From contig JBEUKZ010000023.1 in NCBI GenBank assembly GCA_048128005.1, positions 124,001-188,000 on the forward strand: 64,000 bases of DNA. Direction: 5' to 3'. The translations under genes were made by a program, and so were the position numbers. The number at the start of each line of letters is the position of its first letter. Within the stretch, counting starts at the first letter, position 1. The notes beneath the pieces are model-generated. The model searched no databases. It worked only from the letters and a program-made list of their open reading frames with translations, and was not told the DNA's origin. This DNA comes from Veleropilina oligotropha. Lineage: Eukaryota. Shown piece by piece: positions 36,301-46,826 of the stretch.

Positions 36301-39300
36301 ATTAACAACTTGGACACTTCAGTAATTCCCCACACATTGCATGAAATAAGAATCCCAATTAATTAAATACCTTGTGTGTTCTTTATTCAACTCTCGACAG
36401 CAACACATAATAGGGTATTAATAGACCCGATTGTAGCACCACAACTCAAAGTTTGCGCGTCCGCCATTTAATAACTTCCCGTGATGTCCACAAATTTAAT
36501 AAAAGTAGTGCCGTGTTTATTTTTAATTTTCTTAAATTTGTTGCATAAAATGAAAAATTCGAATTTGTAAATGCCTGCTTAAATTTAATTCGTTATTTTG
36601 GTGTGTAAGAAGTTAGACAGGTGCGGTGTCATAGGTCACACGCAGGAAGTGCGTTGAATCCAATCTTTCACTATGCCCAAGTTCGGAACTGCCCAGTCCT
36701 ATCTCAATCTGCCCAAAATGCAGCACACCTCCATTAGTCAAATAATAGCCCTAAATATATGTCTATGGTCAAATACAGTAGCAGAACTTTTAAACGCTTG
36801 TGCGCAAAAATTTGCGAGTTGCAAACGTTTATATTTAAACACGAAAGCGAGGCTTCTTGCCGAAGTTATAATGCACCGTCGCAAGATGGGCATGGTCGAA
36901 GTTAACATGGGCAGTGCCCAAGTTAACATAGGCAGTGCCCAAATTAAAGTTTGGCTGCAATAGCGCCCTCTATATTGGCCTATTATAATCGAAAGTAACT
37001 TTCGATTGGCTTTTGTTGCGCTGGATGCAGGACTGGAGAAATAAATTATACTAGGAATTGAAACAATTGACAGTTATTAATGCGACAATGAATGAAATCA
37101 CCAGGCTTTAAAGAAAGTGGAACAATTAACAAGTCCCTCAATAGCCGTTTGAAAATGAGCAGCGATGCGTTACATCAGCAAAGCGCTAATTGGTCTCGTG
37201 TCGTTTGTCGGGGAATTTACAGAAAGGAAAATAAATTTGCCAACAAGTACATGTACGTAGATTTATATGAGATAATATATAAATAAACATATATCGGATA
37301 CATTTTTATTATAAACGTACATTTGTATAGTGTTTATTAAGCAATGCATATCAATACGATTCAATGAACTCCGACGGTACTGTTAATTTATTGCGTTGCA
37401 TCGCATCGTCTATGGAATTATACAACTTTCCTATAACGCGGTCGGATACAACGGTCCCGATATAATGTTGAATATGACACCAATTTATTGTCAACATAGG
37501 GTTTTGAAATTTCATTGACCGATTGAAATCAGAAAGTCGGGGGTCGACTAATACGCGCAACATGCAAAAAGTTGTAGCTTCAAACAGGAAAGTTGGGGGG
37601 TCGACCTATACGTGAAGTCGACTTGTACACGAGCAAATACGGTAGTCGTAGATGTAATAGAATCTTATGACAATTTTTGACTGGCTGTTAAACTTAAACA
37701 GCCAATCAAAAATTGTCGTAAGATTCTATAACATCTACCTCTACGATTTTTTGTGAAACGGGGGCCCAGCAGGAGTGTAAATCCATTTTTACTTCAGCTT
37801 TCAAATTCGCGCATGGCCCTATCACGCGAGAGTGTGTTAAATAAATTTTTTTTTTTAATTTTGACTTATGATTGTACATTATTTTATTTCATGCGAGAAA
37901 CGATGCTTTATAATTTTAAATAAAGTTTTCGATAACGGAATAAGTTGATGTTACATTGCCGAACTTTCACTTCGGCTTAAAATAGCGTGCTGTCAGGGGA
38001 GGTAACCACGAAAGCACTCTTCCCCGAGCATTGTTTCAATGGTAACGAATTGATTACAGAAGTAAACGAGCTGACAAAGATTCATCAGGAAAGGACGGAC
38101 AATGTAAACAAAAAGCATCGGGAAATTGTACGGCAGAAGCCTTGTACAAATCGGCCCTTGTACGTCAGAAAATCAAGTTTGATTAAATATCAGGAACACA
38201 ATTATCGTAATATTTGGCATATGGAATGTACGGAGTATTTACGTACTAGTATTTGTATTTTAATTGTAATAATTTTAAAGTTAGTGGGAAATGTATCAAA
38301 TCCCGACACAGAAGACGCAAAATCACGCAAATCCGACGATATCCGACAAAATTGTCTGAATCCGATTTTTGTCGGAAAACCCGACGAGTTACAAACACTG
38401 AATCTACCCATGTCTGAAGGGATAATGACGCCACCTAATGTGTGCTGAAGTGTTAATTAATGAAGAAAAAACCTACCCGTGTCCTGAAGGGTTGATAAAG
38501 TAGAAGCAGCAGTGGACTCTGTTGTCGATGATGTGCCGTCGATTGAGGCCGCTCTCATCATGCAGGTAGCGCTCAAACTGGTCGTCGACATACTGGATGA
38601 TTGGGATAAAGCTGGAAGGTGAAATTAAATAGTCATGATTTATCATTATTAAGGTAACAAGTGAGGACCTAGCGAATCCCCTCTCATTGGAAGACAATTT
38701 TAATTCTGAAAACTACGAAAATCGATAGGCATCATGTCCTCACCATACCTAACGTGTATATCAAAATCGGATAAAAACTCAGTTCACAGTAGAGCGCACA
38801 CAAGAAATCTGTTCAAACAAAATGGCTGCCACGACAGCCATCTTGAATCTGAAAACGACAAACATTGTTGGGTAGCGTGTCCTCATGATAACTAATGTGC
38901 ATACCGAATTTGAATCATATCGGATTATAACTTCTCATTGTAGAGTGCATACAAGAAATCTCGGAGATTCCTCAAACAAAATGGCTGCCACGACGCCATC
39001 TTTAATACATAAACAACGAAAATCGTCAGGCGGCATGTCCTCATCATAACTAATGCGCATACCAAATTTGAATCAACTTGGATAATAACTTTCACTGTAG
39101 AGCGCACACCAGAAATCTCGTCAAACAAAATGACCGCCATGGCGGCCATCTTGGATCCGAAAACGACGAAAATACTTTAGGCAGCATGTCCTAATCATAA
39201 CGAACGTGCATACCAAATCGGATAATAACTTTTCACTGTAGAGCGCACACAGGAAATATCTCTCCAAACAAAATGGCCACAGTGGCGGCCATCTTGGATC

Positions 39301-42300
39301 TCAAAACGATGAAAATTGTTAGGTGGCGTGTCCTCATCATAACTGACGTGCATACTAAATTTGAATCAAATTGGAATAGAACCTTTCACTGTAGAGCGCA
39401 CACAAGACATCTCTGCGGTGGACGCGGCGGCTGAACAATGCCTAAACCATACTATCCCTGTAACATTAAATTTCAGGGATACAATTAGCCATTACCTTGA
39501 TCAATATGTTTTCAGAGTATCATGAAAACTTTCATTTAGAGCATTCAGTCCTAGAGTAATTCAATTTCTGAACATATGCACAACAGATAAGTGAAAGAAT
39601 ATTTATTTGTTTCAACAATTCATACATCAATGTGCAAAGTTACAAACAAGTTTGTTTCAGAAATGAGTGCAACGGCTCACCAGTCTCCAGAGTTCAGTGA
39701 GTCTCCGAACCCCGGTGTGTCGACGACCGTCAGCCGCAGCTTCACCCCCCGCTCCTCGATCTCCACTGTAGAAGCATCGATCTTCACGGACTGCTTTATT
39801 TTTTCTGGAGGAAAAATACAATGCAATGTATAGCGAAAAATGCTGAAGAAATGAAAATATCAAACAAGTCTATTTAACAGTTACTTCCCCTACCATGGCC
39901 TGATTCATATAAACTCTCGCCACTACAAACATACTTTGGTTGCATGCACACATACATGTATGAATATATGTGCCATGGTGTATTAGATGGTAGATCATGG
40001 GACCTGCTTGCAAAGGTTTGCATGCAAGCAGAGGCCCACGGTTCGAGCCAAGGTTTCGACGAATTCACTTGGCAAGGCGATAAGAATATATTTTTTAATC
40101 TGAATGGGAATCTACTTGGCAATTATATAAATCACAGCGCAACTCGCTAGTAAAAACTGTAATTCTCTCAGAAGGAGTTTAGATGGAATCTTGTGTGAAC
40201 ATACTATACTGGTTCATAGCCAGAGAGGTAATTGTGTATTGTACTTATTTATGTATCACGTACATATATATAATATATATTTAAATTTCAATCCGCATAC
40301 TGAAAATGATACTGTAAACCCCTATATTTTAGCGTGCCTTTTATTTTCGCGAGTTTCGTGAACCTAATTTTATCGCGAAAATAAAAGGCAGTGAACTATT
40401 TTATTGAAAAAAAGCTCAATTAACATATATAGGGATTGAAAATCGCTAATTTACAAGGCCGCTAATATACTGGGAGTTGAGAAATCGATAAATTTTATGG
40501 CTGCTAAAATATAGGGGTTTACAGCATATAGCTAAAAATTTATGCTGCACTCAAATCTCAAAGCAGCCAACCAAGCAAGCTCAGATATTAAATTACAGCC
40601 AAATAATCGAACATATATAATTTTCTTGATGCAAATAATCTCTTGTTACCTTACCTGAGGCTGACGGAATGTGTCGCTCGGGATAAAGGTCTGTCAGAAA
40701 GAGGCTGTTTACTAACGTAGACTTGCCCAGTCCACCTTCACCTGAAACGAAGCAAATATACATGCTGAGATCTTGACAAGACTGGGATTATGCCAGGGAT
40801 GCTCTTTGTTACCATTGCAACAACATTTGACACCTATAATTGGATAAGGATGACTAAATTCATCATGGAAATGATGACCTAATTTCAAATAGATAATCAA
40901 AACTACAACAAGGGTATTAACTTGTCATTGAAAAATCTGGGACGAAAAATGGCAAAAAAAACGTTCCAAGATTTTACAGAAATCTTTAATTTCGTATATG
41001 TAAAGGCCATTTATATTCAAAGTTGTAAAGCACAATACTATATACCTAGAGTGATCTCCCCTAAATGCGGTCGTTTAGCTTCATTCATAAAACAAACAAA
41101 GAATTTTAAATACAACTTTTACACATTTTCAAGATACCATTAATGACAAAAGAAACTCGCAAATTAATATAGGTAATATATTCGAGTTATCCTGTTCTGG
41201 TTTGGAAAAACACGTCCTCTCCGGTCACTTTTGGACAACTGTGACAATTGTAGGATGCCATTTTATTAACTGAGGTTAGAATGTGCTCCTGTTAACTTAG
41301 ACAAAGCAGTCATGCAGCATTGCCAGTGAATTCAGAGTCGATACTTGAAACTACATGGCTACCAGGGCGGTATAGTTAGTTCTCCTCGACATGTGGTCAA
41401 CACAAAAATAGATTAAAAAAGCCTATTATCGTTGACCCATCAGTTTATACACAAACCTGATAGTGAATAAAATACCATGCACATCTGGATAACCTTTGTC
41501 ATTAAGATTTAGAAAACACAATTGATAAGCAAGCAAACAGCATACATTATTACAGTCGAATCCGCTTAATAACATAGGTACTTTGTCCGACTAAAACTTG
41601 CTATTAACCGAACTATGTTATTACCCGAATGGTACGATTTGGGACCATAAATCGGGAAGTGTAAACAGGAAGTTCCGTTTATATGTCATAACGTACGTAC
41701 ATGTGCAATATGATATGTCTGTCTGTGCATGGGTTTGACTACGTTACTAAATGGTTTGCAAATACTGTATTATCATAATTAATTCTCCTAATTAATCTTA
41801 TTTCAGTATTGTAAAACATACTTCCAGTAATAAAACTGTTGCATGCATTCTAACATGTATTTCATCAGAAAGAAATCGGCCGCCTGTGCCAAAGCAAGAT
41901 GGCGGAAATGTCGGCAAGGGTGAAGAACTGAATATTATCATGCAACGATGCGATATGTATCCCTATTTTCAATGTAATATTTATAAAAAATAAAATAATA
42001 AAAATTTGTACATGCATTAATAGTTATTATTTTAGTTACATGTATCTGGTATTTATTCCGCAGTCAAAAGTGAAACGCATAAAATATAATGAACTCTCCC
42101 TTATAACATTTGACCTCCAAGATCCTGGCAATGTAAACGTTAAACTTCACATCATTGTCGTCATAGTGGATAGTTGCTTTTGTTGACTACAACAATATTG
42201 TTTGTAACTGACAATTCAGACCTTAAGAAAGTAATTAATGAAATAAATGACCTGAAAGGTCATTCAAAGCGATCGAGGGGCACTTACAAGTCAGCTTTGA

Positions 42301-44172
42301 ACTGTTGTCAACGTTCACAGAGATGTCGGATTGATCAATCGAAGGTGCTAATCCGATTATGATCATAACAATCATGCGAAAATGCAAGCTTACTTAAAAC
42401 AATAAGAGCACGAAATTAATCCCACATCAATGCTCTGAGCTTAGTATATTTTCTAAACATAAGAAGTTAAGTTTACTTGGAACAAGTGCCGTCAAAATGC
42501 AATTGATTTGATCGCAAGATCAATTGAATTGAACGGTAGCTAGTCATAGCTTTGATCGGCTTCCACATTGTGTATTAATTACACAAACGTCTTCGTTTTA
42601 CTTTATTTCTGCACAAATAAAACAAATTCCGACATTTTCGGCAAACTAGCTTTACAGCAACCCACACAATGAACGATCCCCATTGTGACCCACATTGTGA
42701 CCCACGGAAGAAATCTTTGCTATTCAGAGCGAGCATGGCATGCACATTAAAACAAACAACAACAACACGTGCTATATTGACTATTCATCACATTTATTCT
42801 CAACTTTAACCAGGTTTGTTGCCAATTAAATGTTTATTCAGACAGTAATATTGCGATACAATTGTAAAATGCATTCCTGTTTTGCGAGACAATGACATGC
42901 GCCTTACTGCTAATTAGACTGTCGGCGAATGTGACATAAAATCTCCGTCTGCAACAAGCATATTTATGTCCAGATATCACCAAATGGTATATTTTATAAC
43001 AATATTCCAGAAAATTTTCTTGCTATTAACCGAAAATACCCATTTTAAGCTATCTTATTAAACGACTTATTTTATACATGATTAATAGTAAACGGTTCGG
43101 TGTTTGACAATTTTATGCTAATAAGCGAAATGTCTTATTAACAGGTGTGTTATTAAGTGAAATCTACTGTACTGCAATTCACATAAATAATTTATGTGAA
43201 GTTCAGAACATTTTTGACATTCTTAATTAATTTTAATGTTCTATACATGTATGAACAGTATACATACATACATACATTATGTAGGTTAGACCATGTTAAA
43301 GAGTGTATATGCTGGATATACACAGTTTTCACCACCATTAAGTGTGAAATCTGACCCTTGTTCGAATGCGAAGCACGTGCACACAGGAAATCTCCCCAAA
43401 CAGGTGGGTGTCCTCATCATAACTGACGTGCATACCAAATCGCATTAGAATCTTTCACTGTAGAGCCTAGAAATTTCTGCAGCGGCGGCGGAGGCAGCTG
43501 AACGATGACTAAACCATACTATCCCCGAAATGTTAAATATCGGGGATACAATTATTGCCATATATATATTCTTAAAATGTGCTGTAAATACACATATTTT
43601 TGACTGGTCAAATTTAATGTTTAAATTTTAAATACACAAAATACAATCCTAATTCAAATCAAATTTTTTTATAACAGGCATTGTTCTGTTCTCGTTATGC
43701 TTGGTTACACAACAATAGGAGGTGCCAAAGAGAAAGAGATCTGTTGAAAATTATCACATTTCATTATCCACATCTTTACTAATAAACGACGCGTGAACAG
43801 CAGGGCATTGTTTTCATATCCAACGCTAAAAGTGAATATCAAGGATAGACACAGTTTTAATGACAAAAGAATCGCAATGAAGTATCGTCTAAATATATAT
43901 ATATCAAACATTGTGGTGTCAGGTCCAGACCATCTAGATATACTTGTGTTTATATAAATGACTATCTACATATGACTAAATATAAATGACTATCTACAAA
44001 TGACTATATATAAATGACTACATATAAATGACTATATATAAATGACTATATGCAAATACTACTTACCCACTACCATGAGCGTGAACTCAAACCCCTTCTT
44101 GACGGATTTACGGTGGACCTGGTTAGGTAGGTTGGCGAAGCCCACGTAACCGGGCTGTTCTGGGTTGACAAA
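18241..44172 (-). CDS. SEPT2: Septin, SEPT2 group (spliced; 378 aa over 10 core exons plus a short first exon)
   Basis: Exons 44172-44067, 40741-40655, 39804-39681, 38611-38477, 32424-32307, 28677-28576, 28081-27936, 22804-22709, 21095-21020, 18387-18241. All are GT-AG with matching phases. Motifs: [27 protein letters not shown]1 GEGGLGKS, G3 DTPG, G4 AKAD, septin unique element GRMYPWG…ENPEHCDF, C-terminal coiled coil. Confidence 0.95.
18495..19610 (+). mobile_element. Helentron/HINE-like element with internal tandem repeats
   Basis: AACAAG start, atatcccccagc subterminal motif repeated before a 3' hairpin, (GGAC)n, internal repeats containing gagatatgctccggaaa. Confidence 0.6.
21020..21095 (-). 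CDS. SEPT2: Septin exon [25 protein letters not shown]
   Basis: ttatAG / GTattt, phase 2 to 0. Confidence 0.85.
21944..22453. mobile_element. hAT-like MITE with 5-bp TSD; contains a nested Helitron (22085-22365, -)
   Basis: TIRs cagggttctcc…ggagaaccctg; flanks CATAT / CATAT. Confidence 0.75.
22709..22804 (-). CDS. SEPT2: Septin exon [31 protein letters not shown](V)
   Basis: tttcAG / GTatgt, phase 2 to 2. Confidence 0.92.
23458..26404 (+). mobile_element. Helentron/HINE-like element with ~140-bp tandem units, interrupted by nested insertions (~24040-26040, including another HINE at 24778-25930)
   Basis: Same ends as 33426-35260 (aactagacgttcagtcacgagtgaccgcatatgtatcccccgg … ggggatacaat). 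Confidence 0.65.
26548..27715. mobile_element. hAT-like non-autonomous element, 6-bp TSD
   Basis: TIRs cagacctgtcaac / gttgacaggtctg; flanks CTGAAT / CTGAAT. Confidence 0.75.
27936..28081 (-). CDS. SEPT2: Septin exon [48 protein letters not shown](I)
   Basis: tttcAG / GTaagt, phase 0 to 2. Confidence 0.95.
28576..28677 (-). CDS. SEPT2: Septin exon [34 protein letters not shown]
   Basis: tcgtAG / GTaatg, phase 0 to 0. Confidence 0.92.
32001..32213 (+). mobile_element. Short HINE-like element
   Basis: AACTAG start, gacacgaatgccccc (shared with 24778), (GGAC)n, 3' hairpin atgccacc…ggtggcat. Confidence 0.6.
32307..32424 (-). CDS. SEPT2: Septin exon [39 protein letters not shown]
   Basis: aatcAG / GTaagg, phase 2 to 0. 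Confidence 0.95.
32575..33266. mobile_element. CAG-ended MITE, 6-bp TSD
   Basis: 27-bp imperfect TIRs cagtgctctttcggtacttccccacag / ctgtggggaagtaccgaaaaagcgctg; flanks AAAATG / AAAATG. Confidence 0.8.
33426..35260 (+). mobile_element. Helentron/HINE-like element with tandem satellite-like units, split by a MITE
   Basis: Units ggccatcttggaggtcggaccacacccaaa…tctagagcgatcac; subterminal inverted repeat gtatcccc / ggggatac. Confidence 0.7.
34034..34932. mobile_element. hAT-like MITE inserted in the HINE
   Basis: TIRs cagggttcgtacaga / tctgtgcgaaccctg; subterminal tcaagtac repeats; flanks tatata / tctata. Confidence 0.7.
35806..37766. mobile_element. PIF/Harbinger-type palindromic MITE (CAG TSD) interrupted by a Tc1/mariner element
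   Basis: ggccccgtttcacaaaaaatcgtaga / tctacgattttttgtgaaacgggggcc; flanks CAG / CAG. Confidence 0.75.
35836..37642. mobile_element. Tc1/mariner (pogo-like) non-autonomous element
   Basis: TA-ccgtatttgctcgtgtataagtcgac … gtcgacttgtacacgagcaaatacgg-TA. Confidence 0.85.
38477..38611 (-). CDS. SEPT2: Septin exon [44 protein letters not shown](G)
   Basis: ttccAG / GTaggt, phase 2 to 2. Confidence 0.95.
38656..39484 (+). mobile_element. HINE-like element with ~150-bp tandem units
   Basis: AACAAG start; units aaaatggc…ccatcttg…gtgtcctcatcataac…gtagagcgcacacaag; 3' tatccctg…cagggata hairpin. Confidence 0.65.
39681..39804 (-). CDS. SEPT2: Septin exon [41 protein letters not shown](C)
   Basis: ctccAG / GTgagc, phase 1 to 2. 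Confidence 0.95.
40312..40524. mobile_element. Tc1/mariner-type MITE
   Basis: TA-ctgtaaacccctatattttagc … gctaaaatataggggtttacag. Confidence 0.8.
40655..40741 (-). CDS. SEPT2: Septin exon (G)[28 protein letters not shown] (P-loop)
   Basis: tttcAG / GTaagg, phase 1 to 1. Confidence 0.95.
41553..43169. mobile_element. Tigger/pogo-type non-autonomous element
   Basis: TA-cagtcgaatccgcttaataaca … tgttattaagtgaaatctactg-TA. Confidence 0.75.
43951..44050. repeat. Tandem repeat of atataaatgact-like units just past a septin donor site
   Basis: About 6 copies of aaatgacta read directly. Confidence 0.7.
44067..44172 (-). CDS. SEPT2: Septin exon [36 protein letters not shown]
   Basis: tttcAG / GTaagt, phase 0 to 1. 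Confidence 0.95.
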
Positions 44173-44821
44173 CTGAAAGCAAAGAAATATAGTATAAACA
44201 AGTAATGACGGCAATGCCATTGCAGATATGTACTTACTACTATATATATATATATTTCGCAAGTTGTCCAATATAGGTAGTTCAGGATATTCAAATTCGT
44301 GTGCAATGACGACAAGTTTTCTGTAATAATCATCTTTACCTGCCTATGCATGCAGATCTATGCAGTGAACGATAAGTTGTTGTTATGAAGTCAATATTCT
44401 GAATCTTCTATGTACATTTTAACAATATTATTTACAGTTATATTGTAGTCTAGAAAATTGTCGAATTTCTGGAGGCGGATCCGTGGACAATTCGTGTAAA
44501 ATTTAAGACACAAAAAACAACTGGTGCGATATACAACAAATAGCACCCTATATATATCTTAATTGTGTCCGTCATTACAATCAAATTCAATACTGTACAC
44601 TAATACTAATTATATCTAGTATCAATGTTCAAAATGAAATGACAAAACACGTCACACAAAACATGTTTATCAGATCGCTTTACACTATACAACATGGTTA
44701 TGAAAGCATTTATATCTGACTTCAAAGGAAACAAATAAAGAATACCTCAATATTAAAAATAAATAAATAAACATATATATATATATATATATTATATTAT
44801 TTTTTATACAGCTGTAATTAC

Positions 44822-44854
44822 CTCAGATTTAGACTGCGATCTACGTTTGTTCAT
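44822..44854 (-). CDS. SEPT2: Candidate first coding exon of septin (MNKRRSQSKSE)
   Basis: aagaccATG context, 11 codons, GAG/GTaatt donor, phase 0 matching exon 44172. Confidence 0.5.
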
Positions 44855-45989
44855 GGTCTTAAAAGTTCACATAAACTACCAATTAAGAATTGGATTTGGG
44901 TCAAAACACTCCATGCCCTGTTAGCTTCCTATTGAATACTCTTGTAAGCCATAGAAGAAACTGGGGGAACCTAATTTAATGCACATTTTACAGTGTAAAC
45001 TAGCTGCCCATGAGCAGACTTCTTGTCTCAACCAACCCATTCCTGAGAACTTCAGGCTATTGCAAATTCCAATTGCTTTCTGTAAGATTCATATATAGCA
45101 GACTTCGGACATGCCCAGCAAATGAGCTTGACATGTGCCCCATTGCTAAATGCAATGCAACACCGCCTCAACCTTGTCTGTTATTAATGTTGTTAACAAA
45201 TGTCAGCTGCCCTGTGTTGTATGTGATATCTTTGTCTGCCAGGTGTGATACCATGCTGGGCAAACTACTGACCGATAATGTACAGGACATGTACATGACA
45301 ATAACTGCCATATTCAGATGTTTTTTGTCCCATCTCCAAGTTTCATTCTTCAAGATCATTAAAAGTCGGTTTTCCAAGGCAAATGGGCTTTCCTCCCACG
45401 ATAATATGGAAACATCCAGCTTTGATTCTTTGAGCCTGATGGTTGTAAATATCCAGGACATTTAGCAACGATCCAATCCAAGAGGCAGCATGGCACCAAG
45501 GAAAATAATTTGTTAACAACAGCAAGAAAGGTTATGAACTGAAATATTAACAGCCTGCCATTGTACAGTCCGTAATAGAGATGAGATTCCTGGACTCGAA
45601 ATGGATATCTCACTCAGACTTCTTAATTGTCAGGACAAAGGCAGGCTACCCCTGCCCATCTTCCACATGTGGATCTCAATGGTTCATTCAGGAAAAACGA
45701 CACCCTGAAGCAAAGATGTTCTAGAGCTAAATATACACCACAGTCAGACAGACATACCAACACCAGTATCTGACATCTGGAAGTTCACACAATACTGATC
45801 ATGTATATGAATTCAACAACCTACGATTATTGGCAAATTATATACATGTCTGTATGTAATTGTATAATACATACATGTAGCTTTTTATTGTACGGAATGA
45901 AGGACATATATGTTATAGCATCTGGATTTAAACAGCATGTACTCATCAATATGGATAATATTTCATGTATTCATTCAAATATACATATA

Positions 45990-46348
45990 CTAGCCACTGG
46001 GTACCCGTCTTCGACGGGTGAGTCTCCCCACCTCATCAATAACCTAATTTCTTATCTTGAACGCCTCTAACATTCCACGAAAGATCTCCACTGAGTGCTA
46101 ACTATGAAAATATGAAAATCCCCCCCAAAAAATAAAAATCGCCATAACCACCGCCTTGGTACCCTTAGTTCACATGCCAAATTTGGTGGAGATCGGTCCA
46201 GCCGTTTGTAACGTTATAATGGTTATGAAAATTCCCCCCCCCCCAAAAAAACCACCCCCGCCCCCCCCAAAAAAAAAATTGAAAGCGCCATAACCACCGC
46301 CTGCCAAATTTGGTGGAGATCGGTCCAGCCGTTTGGGAGCCTATAGGA

Positions 46349-46420
<72 letters not shown>

Positions 46421-46448
46421 GACAAACTCTCCACGATTATAGTATAGA
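45990..46448 (-). mobile_element. Non-autonomous Helitron carrying a (CA)n microsatellite (46349-46415)
   Basis: On the minus strand: A|TC…CTAG|T ends; subterminal hairpin acccgtc ttc gacgggt. Confidence 0.7.
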
Positions 46449-46564
46449 TATATATACACACATGTATATACTTAATACCGGAAATGACATTAAGATTAAT
46501 GCGTAGATGGACACCATCAATCTAATCAGAACTCGAGCATTGTCGTGATGCTGCTTCAGATGAC

Positions 46565-46806
46565 GAGGGAGGAATGATGCTTAATGTCCTGTATATTTAC
46601 AACATGGAGGTTCAAGGCACGACATGTCCGTGTTACCGCTCGGGTAAACCCGCCCTCTTCGGCCAGTCACGGACAACTGTGATTCATAACTTGAACAAAT
46701 TTCAATGCCTCAGCCAGGTATTGAACCCACTACTGTTCGCATTAGCGGAATCAAGCCAGTGAATTTAGAGTGGACACTCTACCCACTGCGCTGCCGCCGA
46801 AGCGGC
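46565..46806 (-). mobile_element. Full-length V-domain tRNA SINE with 14-bp TSD
   Basis: TSD ctgcttcagatgac at 46551-46564 and 46807-46820. Confidence 0.85.
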
Positions 46807-46826
46807 CTGCTTCAGATGACTGCCGC

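Noticed and set aside
36670..36950. CACTA/EnSpm-like insert inside the mariner element
   Set aside because: Only short tgccca repeats in inverted orientation; no clean TIR or TSD.
37987..38448. 153-aa plus-strand ORF in a septin intron
   Set aside because: GTG start, no motifs, repeat-like context; likely a chance ORF.
45010..45613. 151-aa and overlapping ORFs upstream of the septin exon
   Set aside because: They partly overlap a SINE copy, have no recognisable domain and no splice support.
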